Below, piece by piece: positions 29,637 through 39,564 of a stretch of 46,204 nt of DNA. Source of the stretch: a virus. Taxonomy: Duplodnaviria; Heunggongvirae; Uroviricota; Caudoviricetes. Below the pieces are notes generated by a model that was not told the origin of the DNA, made no database searches, and saw nothing but the letters and a program-made list of their open reading frames with translations. A program made the position numbers and the translations under genes. The first letter of the stretch is position 1; every line of letters starts with the position of its first letter. The stretch is taken from the IMG/VR virus record IMGVR_UViG_2541047747_000001, one strand, 5' to 3'.

Positions 29637-29807
29637 ACATGCAAAAAAAAGCCCGCATATGGATACGGGCGGCAAGGAACAAAAAACGTGAAGTGATCTA
29701 TTCAGCCAGTGGATAATACCCTGACGTTACCATATTGCGCAATCGCGCATTCTTTCTTTTTCGCTCCCCTTATAACTACGCCATCCGTTCGCTGCGGAGG
29801 TGAGGCT

Positions 29808-30023
29808 ATGAAATCCATGGATAAAATTTCAACGGGCATTGCCTACGGCACCTCCGCAGGCAGTGCTGGCTACTGGTTTTTACAGTGGCTTGATCAGGTC
29901 AGTCCGTCACAGTGGGCTGCGATTGGTGTACTGGGGAGTCTGGTTCTGGGCTTCCTGACATATCTGACTAACCTGTATTTCAAAATCAGAGAGGACCGTC
30001 GTAAGGCTGCGCGGGGAGAGTAA
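29808..30023 (+). CDS. S: class II holin/antiholin with dual start (phage 21 S-like pinholin)
   Basis: 71 aa [28 protein letters not shown]... matches S21 as recalled; M1-K-S-M4 dual start; GGAGG RBS. Confidence 0.85.
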   Translation: MKSMDKISTGIAYGTSAGSAGYWFLQWLDQVSPSQWAAIGVLGSLVLGFLTYLTNLYFKIREDRRKAARGE

Positions 30024-30027
30024 TTCA

Positions 30028-30378
30028 ATGATTCAAAACTATGAACTGATTGTGAAAGGGATCCGCAATTTTGAGAATAAAGTTACGGTAACTTTAGCGT
30101 TACGGGACAAAAAACGCTTTGACGGTGAAATTTTTGACCTGGACATCTCGCTGGACCGTGTTGAAGGTGCCGCGCTGGGGTTTTATGAGGCAGCAGCCAG
30201 AAGGAGCATCAGACAGGTCTTCCTGGATGTTGCTGCCGGGTTATGTGAAGGGGATGAGCAGTCGCCGGAAAAGCGCCCCGTAATTTTAGAGGCGCAGAAT
30301 GTGTGGATAACCTACAAAGGAAAGCTACCAGGAAGAATTACTGGTTCTCTGAAGACTCCTCCGGAATCACAACCTTAA
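30028..30378 (+). CDS. hypothetical protein between holin and endolysin
   Basis: 116-aa ORF starting 5 bp after the holin stop; no recognisable motif. Confidence 0.5.
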   Translation: MIQNYELIVKGIRNFENKVTVTLALRDKKRFDGEIFDLDISLDRVEGAALGFYEAAARRSIRQVFLDVAAGLCEGDEQSPEKRPVILEAQNVWITYKGKLPGRITGSLKTPPESQP

Positions 30379-30441
30379 GTCACTGACCAGAACAGATAAA
30401 CCTGTCCGTGGGCAGAAACCGATAAATCCTGATAAATATCC

Positions 30442-30975
30442 ATGAACGCAAAAATCAGATACGGCCTGTCGGCTGCCGTTCTGGCACTGATTGCCGTCGG
30501 TGCGCCCGCGCCTGATATTCTCGACCAGTTTCTGGATGAAAAAGAAGGTAACCACACAACGGCATACCGCGATGGTTCCGGCATCTGGACCATCTGCCGT
30601 GGTGCCATCATGGTGGATGGCAAACCTGTCGTTCCGGGCATGAAGTTGTCGAAGGAAAAATGCGACCAGGTTAACGCCATTGAGCGTGATAAAGCGCTGG
30701 CGTGGGTGGAGAAAAACATCAGAGTGCCGCTGACCGAACCCCAGAAAGCGGGGATCGCGTCATTCTGTCCGTACAACATTGGCCCCGGTAAGTGTTTCCC
30801 GTCGACGTTTTATAAGCGGCTGAATGCCGGTGATCGTAAGGGGGCATGCGAAGCGATTCGCTGGTGGATTAAGGATGGTGGGCGCGATTGCCGCATACGT
30901 TCAAATAACTGCTATGGGCAAGTTATTCGTCGTGACCAGGAAAGCGCATTAGCCTGTTGGGGGATAGAGCAGTGA
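30442..30975 (+). CDS. R: SAR endolysin (T4-type lysozyme fold with N-terminal signal-anchor-release segment)
   Basis: N-terminal hydrophobic segment [16 protein letters not shown] then E-x8-D-x5-T triad context ([16 protein letters not shown]). Confidence 0.85.
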   Translation: MNAKIRYGLSAAVLALIAVGAPAPDILDQFLDEKEGNHTTAYRDGSGIWTICRGAIMVDGKPVVPGMKLSKEKCDQVNAIERDKALAWVEKNIRVPLTEPQKAGIASFCPYNIGPGKCFPSTFYKRLNAGDRKGACEAIRWWIKDGGRDCRIRSNNCYGQVIRRDQESALACWGIEQ

Positions 30976-31439
30976 GCAGAGTCGCCGCGATTATTTATGC
31001 TCTGGTTATCTGCACCATCGTCTGCCTGTCGTGGGCGGTCAATCATTACCGTGATAACGCCATTGCCTACAAAGAACAGCGTGATAAAAAAGTCAGTGAG
31101 CTGAAGCAGGCGAACGCCACCATCGCTGACATGCAGCAGCGTCAGCGTGATGTTGCTGCGCTCGATGCAAAATACTCGAGGGAATTAGCCGATGCGAGAG
31201 CTGAAAATGAAACTCTGCGTGCTGATGTTGCCGCTGGTCGTAAGCGCCTGCGGATCAACGCCACCTGCTCCGGTACCGTGCGTGAAGCCACCGGCACCTC
31301 CGGCGTGGATAATGCAACCGGCCCCCGACTGGCAGACACCGCTGAACGGGATTATTTCACTCTCAGAGAGCGGTTGATGCTGATGCAGAAGCAGCTGGAA
31401 GTGGCGCAGGAATATATCCGCACTCAGTGCCTGAAATAA
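30957..31439 (+). CDS. Rz: i-spanin Rz
   Basis: N-terminal [32 protein letters not shown] and coiled coil match lambda Rz; true start may be the GTG at about 30972 overlapping the endolysin stop. Confidence 0.85.
   Translation: MGDRAVSRVAAIIYALVICTIVCLSWAVNHYRDNAIAYKEQRDKKVSELKQANATIADMQQRQRDVAALDAKYSRELADARAENETLRADVAAGRKRLRINATCSGTVREATGTSGVDNATGPRLADTAERDYFTLRERLMLMQKQLEVAQEYIRTQCLK
31192..31377 (+). CDS. Rz1: o-spanin Rz1 (lipoprotein) embedded in the +1 frame of Rz
   Basis: Lipobox LPLVVSAC and proline-rich [27 protein letters not shown] match lambda Rz1. Confidence 0.8.
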   Translation: MRELKMKLCVLMLPLVVSACGSTPPAPVPCVKPPAPPAWIMQPAPDWQTPLNGIISLSESG

Positions 31440-31947
31440 GTTTTGCTGATGCGCGGTATTGTCGCCGTATTCCTGCATTAACAGAGACCGCAGCCCGACA
31501 GGGAGACTCCTCTGCGCGAGTGTGCGGGAATAATCAAAAACGATGCACACCGGGTTTTTACCGCGTTTATGGTTCGCGGGTTTGTCTCTCATGCTCGCCA
31601 GTCCTGTGCGGGGGTGGAAGAAACAGGACACTTACACAGATTCTTGTGGGCACGATGCTATGCCTTTCTGGATTATCCCGATGCCATTCATGCAAGGCGT
31701 TGTATCAGACGTTCGTCAGAGCTGTCAGGCTGACGGGTCCTCCCGGTGGGGTGGCCTGCCACGGGGCGGGAGCGTCGCGGAAAAAGACTAGTTTTTGCAT
31801 TTCCATGGCGGCGGCAGCATGTTTGGTAATTTATTGATAATTAAAAGTTATTTCTCTTTTCACCTGTACAATATTTTTTTCTCCCTGTCATTAGATCAGT
31901 TTGCAATTAATTGAAATATATAAATAAACTTTATTTTCACCTGCCAG

Positions 31948-32487
31948 ATGGAGTTGCTTATGTCAAATGTGAGCGGGATCGGTGATGCTTATTACTGGAG
32001 TGTTTTTAAAATCGCCGAGGCCTTTGGGCTTCACCGGGACACAGTAAAAAAACGGCTCCTCGCGGCCAACACTCCTGTGGCTGCGACTGTCAGGGGGAAC
32101 CCCGTTTACGCCCTGCAGCATGTCGGGCCCGCCCTGTTTAGTGTGAAGCATGAGGCAGCAGACTCTGTTCATGATCCATCCCGTATGGAGCCGAAAGAGA
32201 GAAAGGACTGGTACCAGTCTGAAAATGAAAGGATCAAGCTGGAAAAGGAGCAGCGAAAACTCATCCCAGTTGATGAAGTAGTCATCGTCTATTCGTCCAT
32301 GAGAAAGGCTGTCGTCCAGGTTCTGGAGACAATTCCGGATGTTCTTGAACGCGATTGCGCCCTGACTCCTCAGGCCGTCGGCGTTGTACAGCAGGCCATT
32401 GATGACCTGCGATACACTCTTCAGGAAAAATCCTACGAGGCTTGTGCTGCTGAATTAATTCCTGATGAGGAAGGAGAGAGTCTCTAG
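31948..32487 (+). CDS. terminase small subunit (Nu1-like)
   Basis: N-terminal HTH-like segment AYYWSVFKIAEAFGLHRDTVKKRL; directly upstream of the large terminase; start may be the second Met at 31960. Confidence 0.7.
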   Translation: MELLMSNVSGIGDAYYWSVFKIAEAFGLHRDTVKKRLLAANTPVAATVRGNPVYALQHVGPALFSVKHEAADSVHDPSRMEPKERKDWYQSENERIKLEKEQRKLIPVDEVVIVYSSMRKAVVQVLETIPDVLERDCALTPQAVGVVQQAIDDLRYTLQEKSYEACAAELIPDEEGESL

Positions 32488-32495
32488 GAGGAATA

Positions 32496-34595
32496 ATGGG
32501 TTTTTCATCAGCCCGAAATTTGGGAAGGGACATATCGGCAGGATTTTCCCCACCACGTCGCATGCCGATTTCGGAGGCTGTTAAAAAATTCATGCGTGTT
32601 CCCAAGGGGGCTGGTAACTCGGTGCCATGGGATCCTGAACTGACACCCTACATCATTGAGCCCATGAACTGCCTGGCATCGCGTGAATACGATGCGGTGA
32701 TTTTTGTTGGTCCTGCGCGAACAGGGAAGACCATTGGTCTGATCGATGGATGGATTGTCTATACCATCGTTTGCGATCCTTCGGACATGCTCGTTGTGCA
32801 GATGACCGAAGATAAGGCCCGCGAGCATTCTAAAAAGCGCCTCGACAGAACGTTCAGAAGCAGTGCGGCGGTAAAGAAAAGAATGAGTCCACGTCGTAAC
32901 GACAATAATGTCCATGATAAGACGTTCAGGGATGGCTCGTTCCTTAAAATTGGTTGGCCCTCGGTCAACATTATGTCGTCGTCGGATTACCGGTTTGTCG
33001 CCTTAACCGATTACGACCGTTTTCCGGAGAATATCGACAGCGAGGGTGATGGTTTTTCCCTGGCCTCAAAACGTACCACCACATTTATGTCCGCCGGGAT
33101 GACTCTGGTGGAAAGCTCGCCGGGACGTGACATCTGCGACAGCAAATTGCGACGTAAGTCGCCTCATGAAGCGCCACCGACGACTGGTATTCTTTCCCTT
33201 TACAATCGTGGTGACCGCCGCCGCTGGTACTGGCCATGTCCGCACTGCGGTGAATATTTTCAGCCAGCTATGGATGCCATGACCGGCTACCGTAATGAAC
33301 CGGATCCCTTTAAAGCTAGTGAGGCGGCGTATCTACTTTGCCCGCACTGCAGCGGCATTATCACTGCGGAGAAAAAGCGTGAGCTCAATAGTGCAGGAGT
33401 CTGGTTGCGTGAAGGTCAGGTCATTGATCGTAACGGCAACGTTTCCGGTGAACCGCGCCGCTCCCGTATCGCCAGTTTCTGGATGGAAGGGCCAGCTGCT
33501 GCGTATCAGACCTGGGCGCAACTGGTTTACAAATTACTGACTGCAGAACAGGAGTATGAAGCGACAGGAAGCGAAGAAACACTCAGGGCGGTTATCAACA
33601 CCGACTGGGGATTGCCTTATCTTCCTCGTGCCAGCATGGAGCAACGAAAAAGTGAACTGCTTGAGCAGCGGGCAGAGCCAGTTCCTTCCCGCAGTGTTCC
33701 GGATGGCGTTAATTTCCTTGTGGCGACAGTGGATGTGCAGGCGGGACGTCATCGCCGTTTTGTGGTTCAGGTAACGGGCTATGGCAGCCGTGGCGAACGC
33801 TGGATTATTGATCGTTACAACATCACGCAGTCATTGCGCAGTGACTGCGACGGGGAGAGCCAGCGAATTGATCCGGCCAGCTATCCGGAAGACTGGGATG
33901 TCCTGCTGACGGATGTTTTTCATAAAAGCTGGCCGCTGGCCTCCGATCCTTCTCAACAAATGCGACTGATGGCAATGGCGGTGGACTCCGGCGGTGAAGA
34001 CGGGGTCACTGATAATGCCTATAAATTCTGGCGTCGTTGCCGTCGTGATGGCCTTGGTAAACGTATTTACCTGTTTAAGGGCGACAGCATCCGGCGCGCA
34101 AAACTGATCAGCCGTACATTCCCTGATAACACCGGACGAACGGGCCGCCGGGCGCAGGCCGCAGGTGATGTGCCGCTCTGGCTTCTTCAGACGGATGCCC
34201 TGAAAGACCGGGTGAATAACGCGTTATGGCGTGACTCGCCAGGTCCAGGCTATGTGCATTTCCCTGACTGGCTGGGGAGCTGGTTTTACGACGAACTGAC
34301 GTATGAAGAGCGGAGCAGTGACGGGAAATGGAGTAAGCCGGGTCGCGGTGCCAACGAAGCTTTTGACCTGATGGTGTATGCCGAGGCGCTGGTCATTCTG
34401 CATGGATACGAAAAGATCCGCTGGCCGGATGCACCGGAGTGGGCGAGCCGGGAAACCTGGCTGGAGTGTGTCCCGGACAGTACCGAACCGTCACCCTCAC
34501 CGGAACCGGTATCCACGCCTGTTAAAAAACAAAAACGGAAGAAAACAGTAACTGACGATGTTAACCCCTGGCTGACTTCCGGAGGATGGTTATGA
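32496..34595 (+). CDS. terminase large subunit (lambda gpA family)
   Basis: 699 aa; Walker A-like VGPARTGKT; GGAGG RBS. Confidence 0.85.
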   Translation: MGFSSARNLGRDISAGFSPPRRMPISEAVKKFMRVPKGAGNSVPWDPELTPYIIEPMNCLASREYDAVIFVGPARTGKTIGLIDGWIVYTIVCDPSDMLVVQMTEDKAREHSKKRLDRTFRSSAAVKKRMSPRRNDNNVHDKTFRDGSFLKIGWPSVNIMSSSDYRFVALTDYDRFPENIDSEGDGFSLASKRTTTFMSAGMTLVESSPGRDICDSKLRRKSPHEAPPTTGILSLYNRGDRRRWYWPCPHCGEYFQPAMDAMTGYRNEPDPFKASEAAYLLCPHCSGIITAEKKRELNSAGVWLREGQVIDRNGNVSGEPRRSRIASFWMEGPAAAYQTWAQLVYKLLTAEQEYEATGSEETLRAVINTDWGLPYLPRASMEQRKSELLEQRAEPVPSRSVPDGVNFLVATVDVQAGRHRRFVVQVTGYGSRGERWIIDRYNITQSLRSDCDGESQRIDPASYPEDWDVLLTDVFHKSWPLASDPSQQMRLMAMAVDSGGEDGVTDNAYKFWRRCRRDGLGKRIYLFKGDSIRRAKLISRTFPDNTGRTGRRAQAAGDVPLWLLQTDALKDRVNNALWRDSPGPGYVHFPDWLGSWFYDELTYEERSSDGKWSKPGRGANEAFDLMVYAEALVILHGYEKIRWPDAPEWASRETWLECVPDSTEPSPSPEPVSTPVKKQKRKKTVTDDVNPWLTSGGWL

Positions 34596-34804
34596 ACCAG
34601 AATGATATCGAAGCCATGATTCAGCGTTATACGGAAGCTGAAATGGCGGTGCTGGACGGAAAATCCGTCACCTTTAATGGTCAGCAGATGACCATGGAAA
34701 ACTTATCTGAGATCCGGCAGGGACGGCAGGAGTGGGAGCGCCGCCTTGCGGCTCTGATTACACGACGACGGGGGCATCCCGGGTACCGGCTGGCGAGGTT
34801 CTGA
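34586..34804 (+). CDS. W: head-tail joining protein gpW-like
   Basis: About 70 aa ending RRRGHPGY, similar to the lambda W C-terminus; start probably the second ATG at 34592. Confidence 0.7.
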   Translation: MVMNQNDIEAMIQRYTEAEMAVLDGKSVTFNGQQMTMENLSEIRQGRQEWERRLAALITRRRGHPGYRLARF

Positions 34805-36312
34805 TGGCAATTCTTGATGATGTGATTGGCGTTTTTTCACCAGGATGGAAAGCGGCAAGGCTGCGTTCCCGTGCGGTGATCCAGGCTTATGAGGCCGTAA
34901 AAACGACGCGGACACACAAAGCCCGGCGGGAGAACCGAACTGCCGACCAGTTAAGCCAGTACGGGGCCGTGTCGTTACGTGAGCAGGCCCGTTACCTTGA
35001 TAACAACCACGATCTGGTTATTGGTGTATTTGACAAGCTGGAAGAACGGGTGGTGGGGAAAAACGGGATTATTGTCGAGCCACATCCGGTATTACGCAAT
35101 GGGGCCATTGCCCGTGATCTGGCAGCGGAGATTCGCACCCGATGGAGTGAATGGTCTGTCAGCCCGGAAGTCACCGGGCAGTTTACCCGTCCGATGCTGG
35201 AACGTCTGATGCTGCGTACCTGGCTGCGCGATGGTGAGGTGTTTGCCCAGATGGTTTCCGGGCGCATAAACAGCCTGACGCCTTCTGCCGGTGTTCATTT
35301 CTGGCTGGAGGCGCTCGAGCCAGACTTTATTCCCATGACCAGTGATGAGAGCAACAGGCTGAATCAGGGCGTGTTTGTTGATGACTGGGGGCGTCCCGAA
35401 AAATATCTGGTGTATAAAAGTCGTCCTGTATCCGGACGGCAGATGGAAACCAAAGAAGTGGATGCAGAGCGAATGCTGCATCTTAAATTTGTTCGCCGTC
35501 TGCACCAGATGCGCGGGACGTCTTTATTGTCCGGTGTGCTGATCCGCCTCAGTGCCCTGAAAGAGTATGAAGATTCTGAGCTGACTGCAGCAAGGATCGC
35601 CGCTGCTCTGGGGATGTACATCCGCAAAGGCGACGGGCAGAGCTATGAACCGGATGGTAATGGCAGCAAGGATAAGGAACGCGAGCTTACCATTCAGCCA
35701 GGCATTATTTACGACGATCTGAAACCCGGCGAAGAAATCGGAATGGTGAAGTCGGATCGCCCCAATCCTAACCTTGAAACTTTTCGTAATGGTCAGTTGC
35801 GTGCCGTGGCGGCGGGCAGTCGTCTGAGTTTTTCCAGTACAGCGCGCAACTATAACGGCACTTACAGCGCCCAGCGTCAGGAGCTGGTTGAATCTACTGA
35901 TGGCTACCTGATCCTGCAGGACTGGTTTATTGGTGCCGTCACCCGCCCGATGTATCGTGCCTGGCTGAAACAGGCTGTGGCATCCGGTGTTATCAGGCTA
36001 CCCCGCGATCTTGACCGTTCTTCACTGTATACCGCGGTGTATTCCGGACCAGTGATGCCGTGGATTGACCCTGTTAAGGAGGCTGAGGCCTGGAAAATCC
36101 AGATTCGTGGTGGAGCGGCGACAGAATCAGATTGGGTACGTGCTGGTGGTCGTAATCCGGATGATGTCAAACGTCGGCGCAAGGCCGAAATTGATGAAAA
36201 CCGCAAGCTGGATCTGGTATTTGATACCGATCCGGCCAGTGATAAAGGAGGCAGCAGTGCCGCAACGAAACGACAGGAGCCGCAGCACACCGACGACCAG
36301 TCCGAAGAATAA
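34804..36312 (+). CDS. portal protein (lambda gpB family)
   Basis: About 500 aa following W; start ATG overlaps the W stop (TGATG); ORF track extends upstream to 34732. Confidence 0.8.
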   Translation: MAILDDVIGVFSPGWKAARLRSRAVIQAYEAVKTTRTHKARRENRTADQLSQYGAVSLREQARYLDNNHDLVIGVFDKLEERVVGKNGIIVEPHPVLRNGAIARDLAAEIRTRWSEWSVSPEVTGQFTRPMLERLMLRTWLRDGEVFAQMVSGRINSLTPSAGVHFWLEALEPDFIPMTSDESNRLNQGVFVDDWGRPEKYLVYKSRPVSGRQMETKEVDAERMLHLKFVRRLHQMRGTSLLSGVLIRLSALKEYEDSELTAARIAAALGMYIRKGDGQSYEPDGNGSKDKERELTIQPGIIYDDLKPGEEIGMVKSDRPNPNLETFRNGQLRAVAAGSRLSFSSTARNYNGTYSAQRQELVESTDGYLILQDWFIGAVTRPMYRAWLKQAVASGVIRLPRDLDRSSLYTAVYSGPVMPWIDPVKEAEAWKIQIRGGAATESDWVRAGGRNPDDVKRRRKAEIDENRKLDLVFDTDPASDKGGSSAATKRQEPQHTDDQSEE

Positions 36313-36325
36313 TTCCTGGTTCAGG

Positions 36326-38284
36326 ATGCAGGCTGGTCACCAGAGTGACGCGGATATTTATATTTATGACGAGATTGGTTTCTGGGGTGTTACAGCGAAG
36401 CAGTTTATCAGTGATCTGAATGCACTGGGCGATATCACCCACATTAATCTCCATATCAATTCACCGGGTGGCGATGTCTTTGAAGGCATAGCCATTTTTA
36501 ATGCGCTGAAAACACATGGTGCGTCCATTACCGTTTATGTCGACGGTGTGGCGGCGTCAATGGCGTCGGTCATTGCGATGGTGGGAAACCCGGTCATTAT
36601 GCCGGAAAACACCTTCATGATGATTCATAAACCATTTGGCTTTACGGGCGGTGATGCGGAGGACATGCGCACCTATGCCGACCTGCTCGATAAGGTTGAG
36701 GCGGTTCTGTTACCCGCTTATGCACAGAAAACCGGGAAAACCACCGATGAAATTGCTGCCATGCTGGCGGATGAGACCTGGATGTCCGGTGCCGAATGTC
36801 TGGCACATGGATTTGCTGATCAGGTGACGCCAGCCGTTAAGGCAATGGCATGTATTCAGTCAAAACGTACAGAGGAATTTAAAAAGATGCCGGAATCCAT
36901 TCGAAACATGATTACTCCGCCACGCAACAGTGCTCCACGCGTACAGGATGATGAACCTGCAGCCTCCCGGACGCCAGTGCAGGCAGCAGCACCCGTGGTG
37001 GATGAAAACAGTATCCGTGCGCAGGTACTGGCAGAGCAAAAAGCGCGTGTAAACGGTATTAATGATCTGTTTGCCATGTTTGGCGGGCGTTATCAGACGC
37101 TGCAGGCTCAGTGTCTTGCCGATCCTGAATGTTCGCTGGAGCAGGCCCGCGAAAAGCTGTTGAACGAGATGGGGCGCGAGTCCACGCCATCCAATAAAAA
37201 TACACCGGCTCATATTTATGCCGGTAACGGTAATTTTGTGGGGGACGGGATCCGCCAGGCGCTGATGGCGCGTGCCGGATTTGAAAAAACCGAACGTGAT
37301 AATGTCTACAACGGGATGACCCTGCGTGAATATGCCCGTATGTCACTGACTGAACGGGGTATTGGGGTTTCCAGTTATAACCCGATGCAGATGGTCGGTG
37401 CGGCGTTCACACACAGTACGTCTGACTTCGGTAATATTCTGCTGGATGTTGCGAACAAAGCCATTCTGCAGGGCTGGGAAGATGCTCCTGAAACCTATGA
37501 ACAGTGGACGCGGAAAGGTCAGTTGTCTGATTTTAAAATTGCCCATCGTGTGGGTATGGGGGGCTTCAGTGCTCTGCGTCAGGTGCGTGAAGGGGCGGAA
37601 TATAAATACGTCACCACCGGAGATAAACAGGCCACTATTGCACTGGCGACCTATGGCGAGCTGTTCAGTATCACCCGTCAGGCCATTATCAATGATGATC
37701 TGAATATGCTGACCGATGTCCCGATGAAACTGGGCCGTGCGGCGAAATCCACTATTGCCGATCTGGTTTATGCCATTCTGACGTCTAACCCGAAAATCTC
37801 CACAGATAATGTAAGTCTGTTCGATAAAGCGAAACATGCAAACGTACTGGAGAGCGCTGCAATGGACGTGGCATCGCTGGATAAAGCCCGCCAGTTGATG
37901 CGCGTTCAGAAAGAGGGGGAGCGTCATCTGAATATTCGTCCTGCGTTCGTACTGGTACCGACGGCGATGGAGTCTGTTGCTAACCAGGTCATTCGCTCCT
38001 CAAGTGTCAAGGGGGCTGACATTAACGCCGGTATTATTAACCCGGTGAAAGATTTTGCGACCGTTATTGCAGAGCCTCGTCTTGATGATAACAGCCAGAC
38101 CACCTTCTACCTGGCTGCGTCAAAAGGCTCCGATACGATTGAAGTGGCTTATCTCAACGGTGTGGATACGCCATATATTGATCAGATGGAGGGCTTCAGT
38201 GTGGATGGCGTGACAACGAAAGTGCGTATTGACGCCGGTGTCGCGCCAGTTGATCACCGCGGTCTGGTGAAATGTACGGCGTAA
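36326..38284 (+). CDS. head maturation protease (ClpP-like) fused to major capsid protein domain
   Basis: N-terminal ClpP-like region (HINSPGGDVFEGIAIFNALK...ASMASVIAMVG) then a long C-terminal capsid-like region; start at the first Met after the portal stop, upstream in-frame Mets exist. Confidence 0.7.
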   Translation: MQAGHQSDADIYIYDEIGFWGVTAKQFISDLNALGDITHINLHINSPGGDVFEGIAIFNALKTHGASITVYVDGVAASMASVIAMVGNPVIMPENTFMMIHKPFGFTGGDAEDMRTYADLLDKVEAVLLPAYAQKTGKTTDEIAAMLADETWMSGAECLAHGFADQVTPAVKAMACIQSKRTEEFKKMPESIRNMITPPRNSAPRVQDDEPAASRTPVQAAAPVVDENSIRAQVLAEQKARVNGINDLFAMFGGRYQTLQAQCLADPECSLEQAREKLLNEMGRESTPSNKNTPAHIYAGNGNFVGDGIRQALMARAGFEKTERDNVYNGMTLREYARMSLTERGIGVSSYNPMQMVGAAFTHSTSDFGNILLDVANKAILQGWEDAPETYEQWTRKGQLSDFKIAHRVGMGGFSALRQVREGAEYKYVTTGDKQATIALATYGELFSITRQAIINDDLNMLTDVPMKLGRAAKSTIADLVYAILTSNPKISTDNVSLFDKAKHANVLESAAMDVASLDKARQLMRVQKEGERHLNIRPAFVLVPTAMESVANQVIRSSSVKGADINAGIINPVKDFATVIAEPRLDDNSQTTFYLAASKGSDTIEVAYLNGVDTPYIDQMEGFSVDGVTTKVRIDAGVAPVDHRGLVKCTA

Positions 38285-38370
38285 ACGTCGCAGATAACAA
38301 CTCTGATGGCCCGTAAGGGCTTTTTTTGTACCTGAAATCAGCCCCTGAACGGGGCTGTGCGGAGACAGTT

Positions 38371-38694
38371 ATGGCAAAGAATTTTGTAGAAGAAGGAAAA
38401 ACGGTGGCGATTGTTGCCAGTGCAGCCATCAGCAGCGGAGATCTGGTGCAGGTGGGTGATGTTTTTGCGGTGGCGCTGACCGATATTCCACAGGGTGAAA
38501 CAGGCGACGGCATGACCGAAGGTGTGTTTATGCTGCCTAAGCTGAAAACGGATGATATGAAAACGGGTAAGAAGGTTTATCTGAAGTCCGGAAAAGTTCA
38601 GCTGACTAACAGCGGCTCTGATCCGCTGGTCGGGGTTGTCTGGGCAGATGCCGGAACCAGTGCAGAAGAAGTGCCGGTAAAACTCAATGTCTGA
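38371..38694 (+). CDS. putative head decoration or capsid-associated protein
   Basis: 108 aa from MAKNFVEEGK after a GGAGA RBS; positional call after the capsid gene. Confidence 0.45.
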   Translation: MAKNFVEEGKTVAIVASAAISSGDLVQVGDVFAVALTDIPQGETGDGMTEGVFMLPKLKTDDMKTGKKVYLKSGKVQLTNSGSDPLVGVVWADAGTSAEEVPVKLNV

Positions 38695-38962
38695 TCCCTT
38701 TTCCCGGCTGGCAGCGCGTATGGATGCGATCACGGTCAGAAAGATGGGAAAGACAGCCTCGATTAATGATGTCGATATGACTGTGATCCCGGGAGAAACA
38801 CTGGCAGAGCTGAATGCTCTGTCCGGACCTGCGGTCTCTCTGGTGGTGTTTTCTTCGGGATACCGCCCACGGCGCGGGGATCGCGTTGTTTATGACGGAC
38901 AACAATGGACGGTCACACGGCATGAACGCTTTAACGGTAAACCAATGATCTTTATTGAGTAA
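38687..38962 (+). CDS. putative head completion / head-tail adaptor protein
   Basis: 91-aa ORF between capsid and tail genes; positional call. Confidence 0.45.
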   Translation: MSDPFSRLAARMDAITVRKMGKTASINDVDMTVIPGETLAELNALSGPAVSLVVFSSGYRPRRGDRVVYDGQQWTVTRHERFNGKPMIFIE

Positions 38963-38973
38963 AGAGGTGTGGG

Positions 38974-39564
38974 ATGAAGGGGCTTGAGAATGCCATCCGC
39001 AATCTGAACAGCCTTGATACCCGTATGGTGCCACAGGCCAGCGCATGGGCGATAAACCGTGTGGCACAGAAAGCGGTCTCGGTTGCCACCCGGAAGGTTG
39101 CCGGGAATACCGTTGCGGGAGATAACCAGGTGAAAGGGATCCCCCTGAAACTGGTACGTCAGCGTGTCCGGGTGTTTAAAGCCAGTCCGTCAGGAAAAAT
39201 GACGGCCAGGATCCGCGTTAACCGGGGCAATCTGCCCGCCATCAAACTGAACACAACACGGCGGCGTGCTGGTGAAGGACTGAGAGTGGGAAAATACTTT
39301 TTCCGGGGGGCATTTGTTCAGCAACTGGCGAATGGCCGCTGGCATGTTCTGAGGCGTCTTCCTGAAGCGCGTTTTGCAACAGGGCATGACCATCAGGGCA
39401 GGCCAAGAAAAAATCGTCTTCCTGTGGAGGTAGTGAAAATCCCGCTGTCCGGACCGCTGACACAGGCATTTGAAGATGCCCGCGACCGCATCATTGCTGC
39501 GGAAATGCCGAAACAGCTGGGGTATGCACTGAAACAACAACTGAGATTATGGCTGACCCGATGA
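38974..39564 (+). CDS. Z: minor tail protein Z-like
   Basis: FVQQLANGRWHVLRR...VVKIPLSGPL...LGYALKQQLR matches lambda gpZ blocks as recalled. Confidence 0.75.
   Translation: MKGLENAIRNLNSLDTRMVPQASAWAINRVAQKAVSVATRKVAGNTVAGDNQVKGIPLKLVRQRVRVFKASPSGKMTARIRVNRGNLPAIKLNTTRRRAGEGLRVGKYFFRGAFVQQLANGRWHVLRRLPEARFATGHDHQGRPRKNRLPVEVVKIPLSGPLTQAFEDARDRIIAAEMPKQLGYALKQQLRLWLTR

Noticed and set aside
29410-29807. Shiga toxin or other toxin gene downstream of the tRNAs
   Set aside because: No ORF longer than about 25 codons in the interval; no stxA or stxB-like reading frames.
31185-31631. 148-aa minus-strand ORF antisense to Rz/Rz1
   Set aside because: Overlaps the well-supported Rz and Rz1 genes; low-complexity translation; likely spurious.
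31440-31947. Lambda-type cosN (GGGCGGCGACCT) upstream of the small terminase
   Set aside because: I did not find a convincing match to the lambda cohesive-end sequence; cos or pac probably lies in this AT-rich interval but cannot be placed by eye.
36065-36325. Upstream extension of the protease-capsid ORF overlapping the portal gene
   Set aside because: Would overlap about 250 bp of the portal gene in another frame; the start right after the portal stop is more parsimonious, though uncertain.
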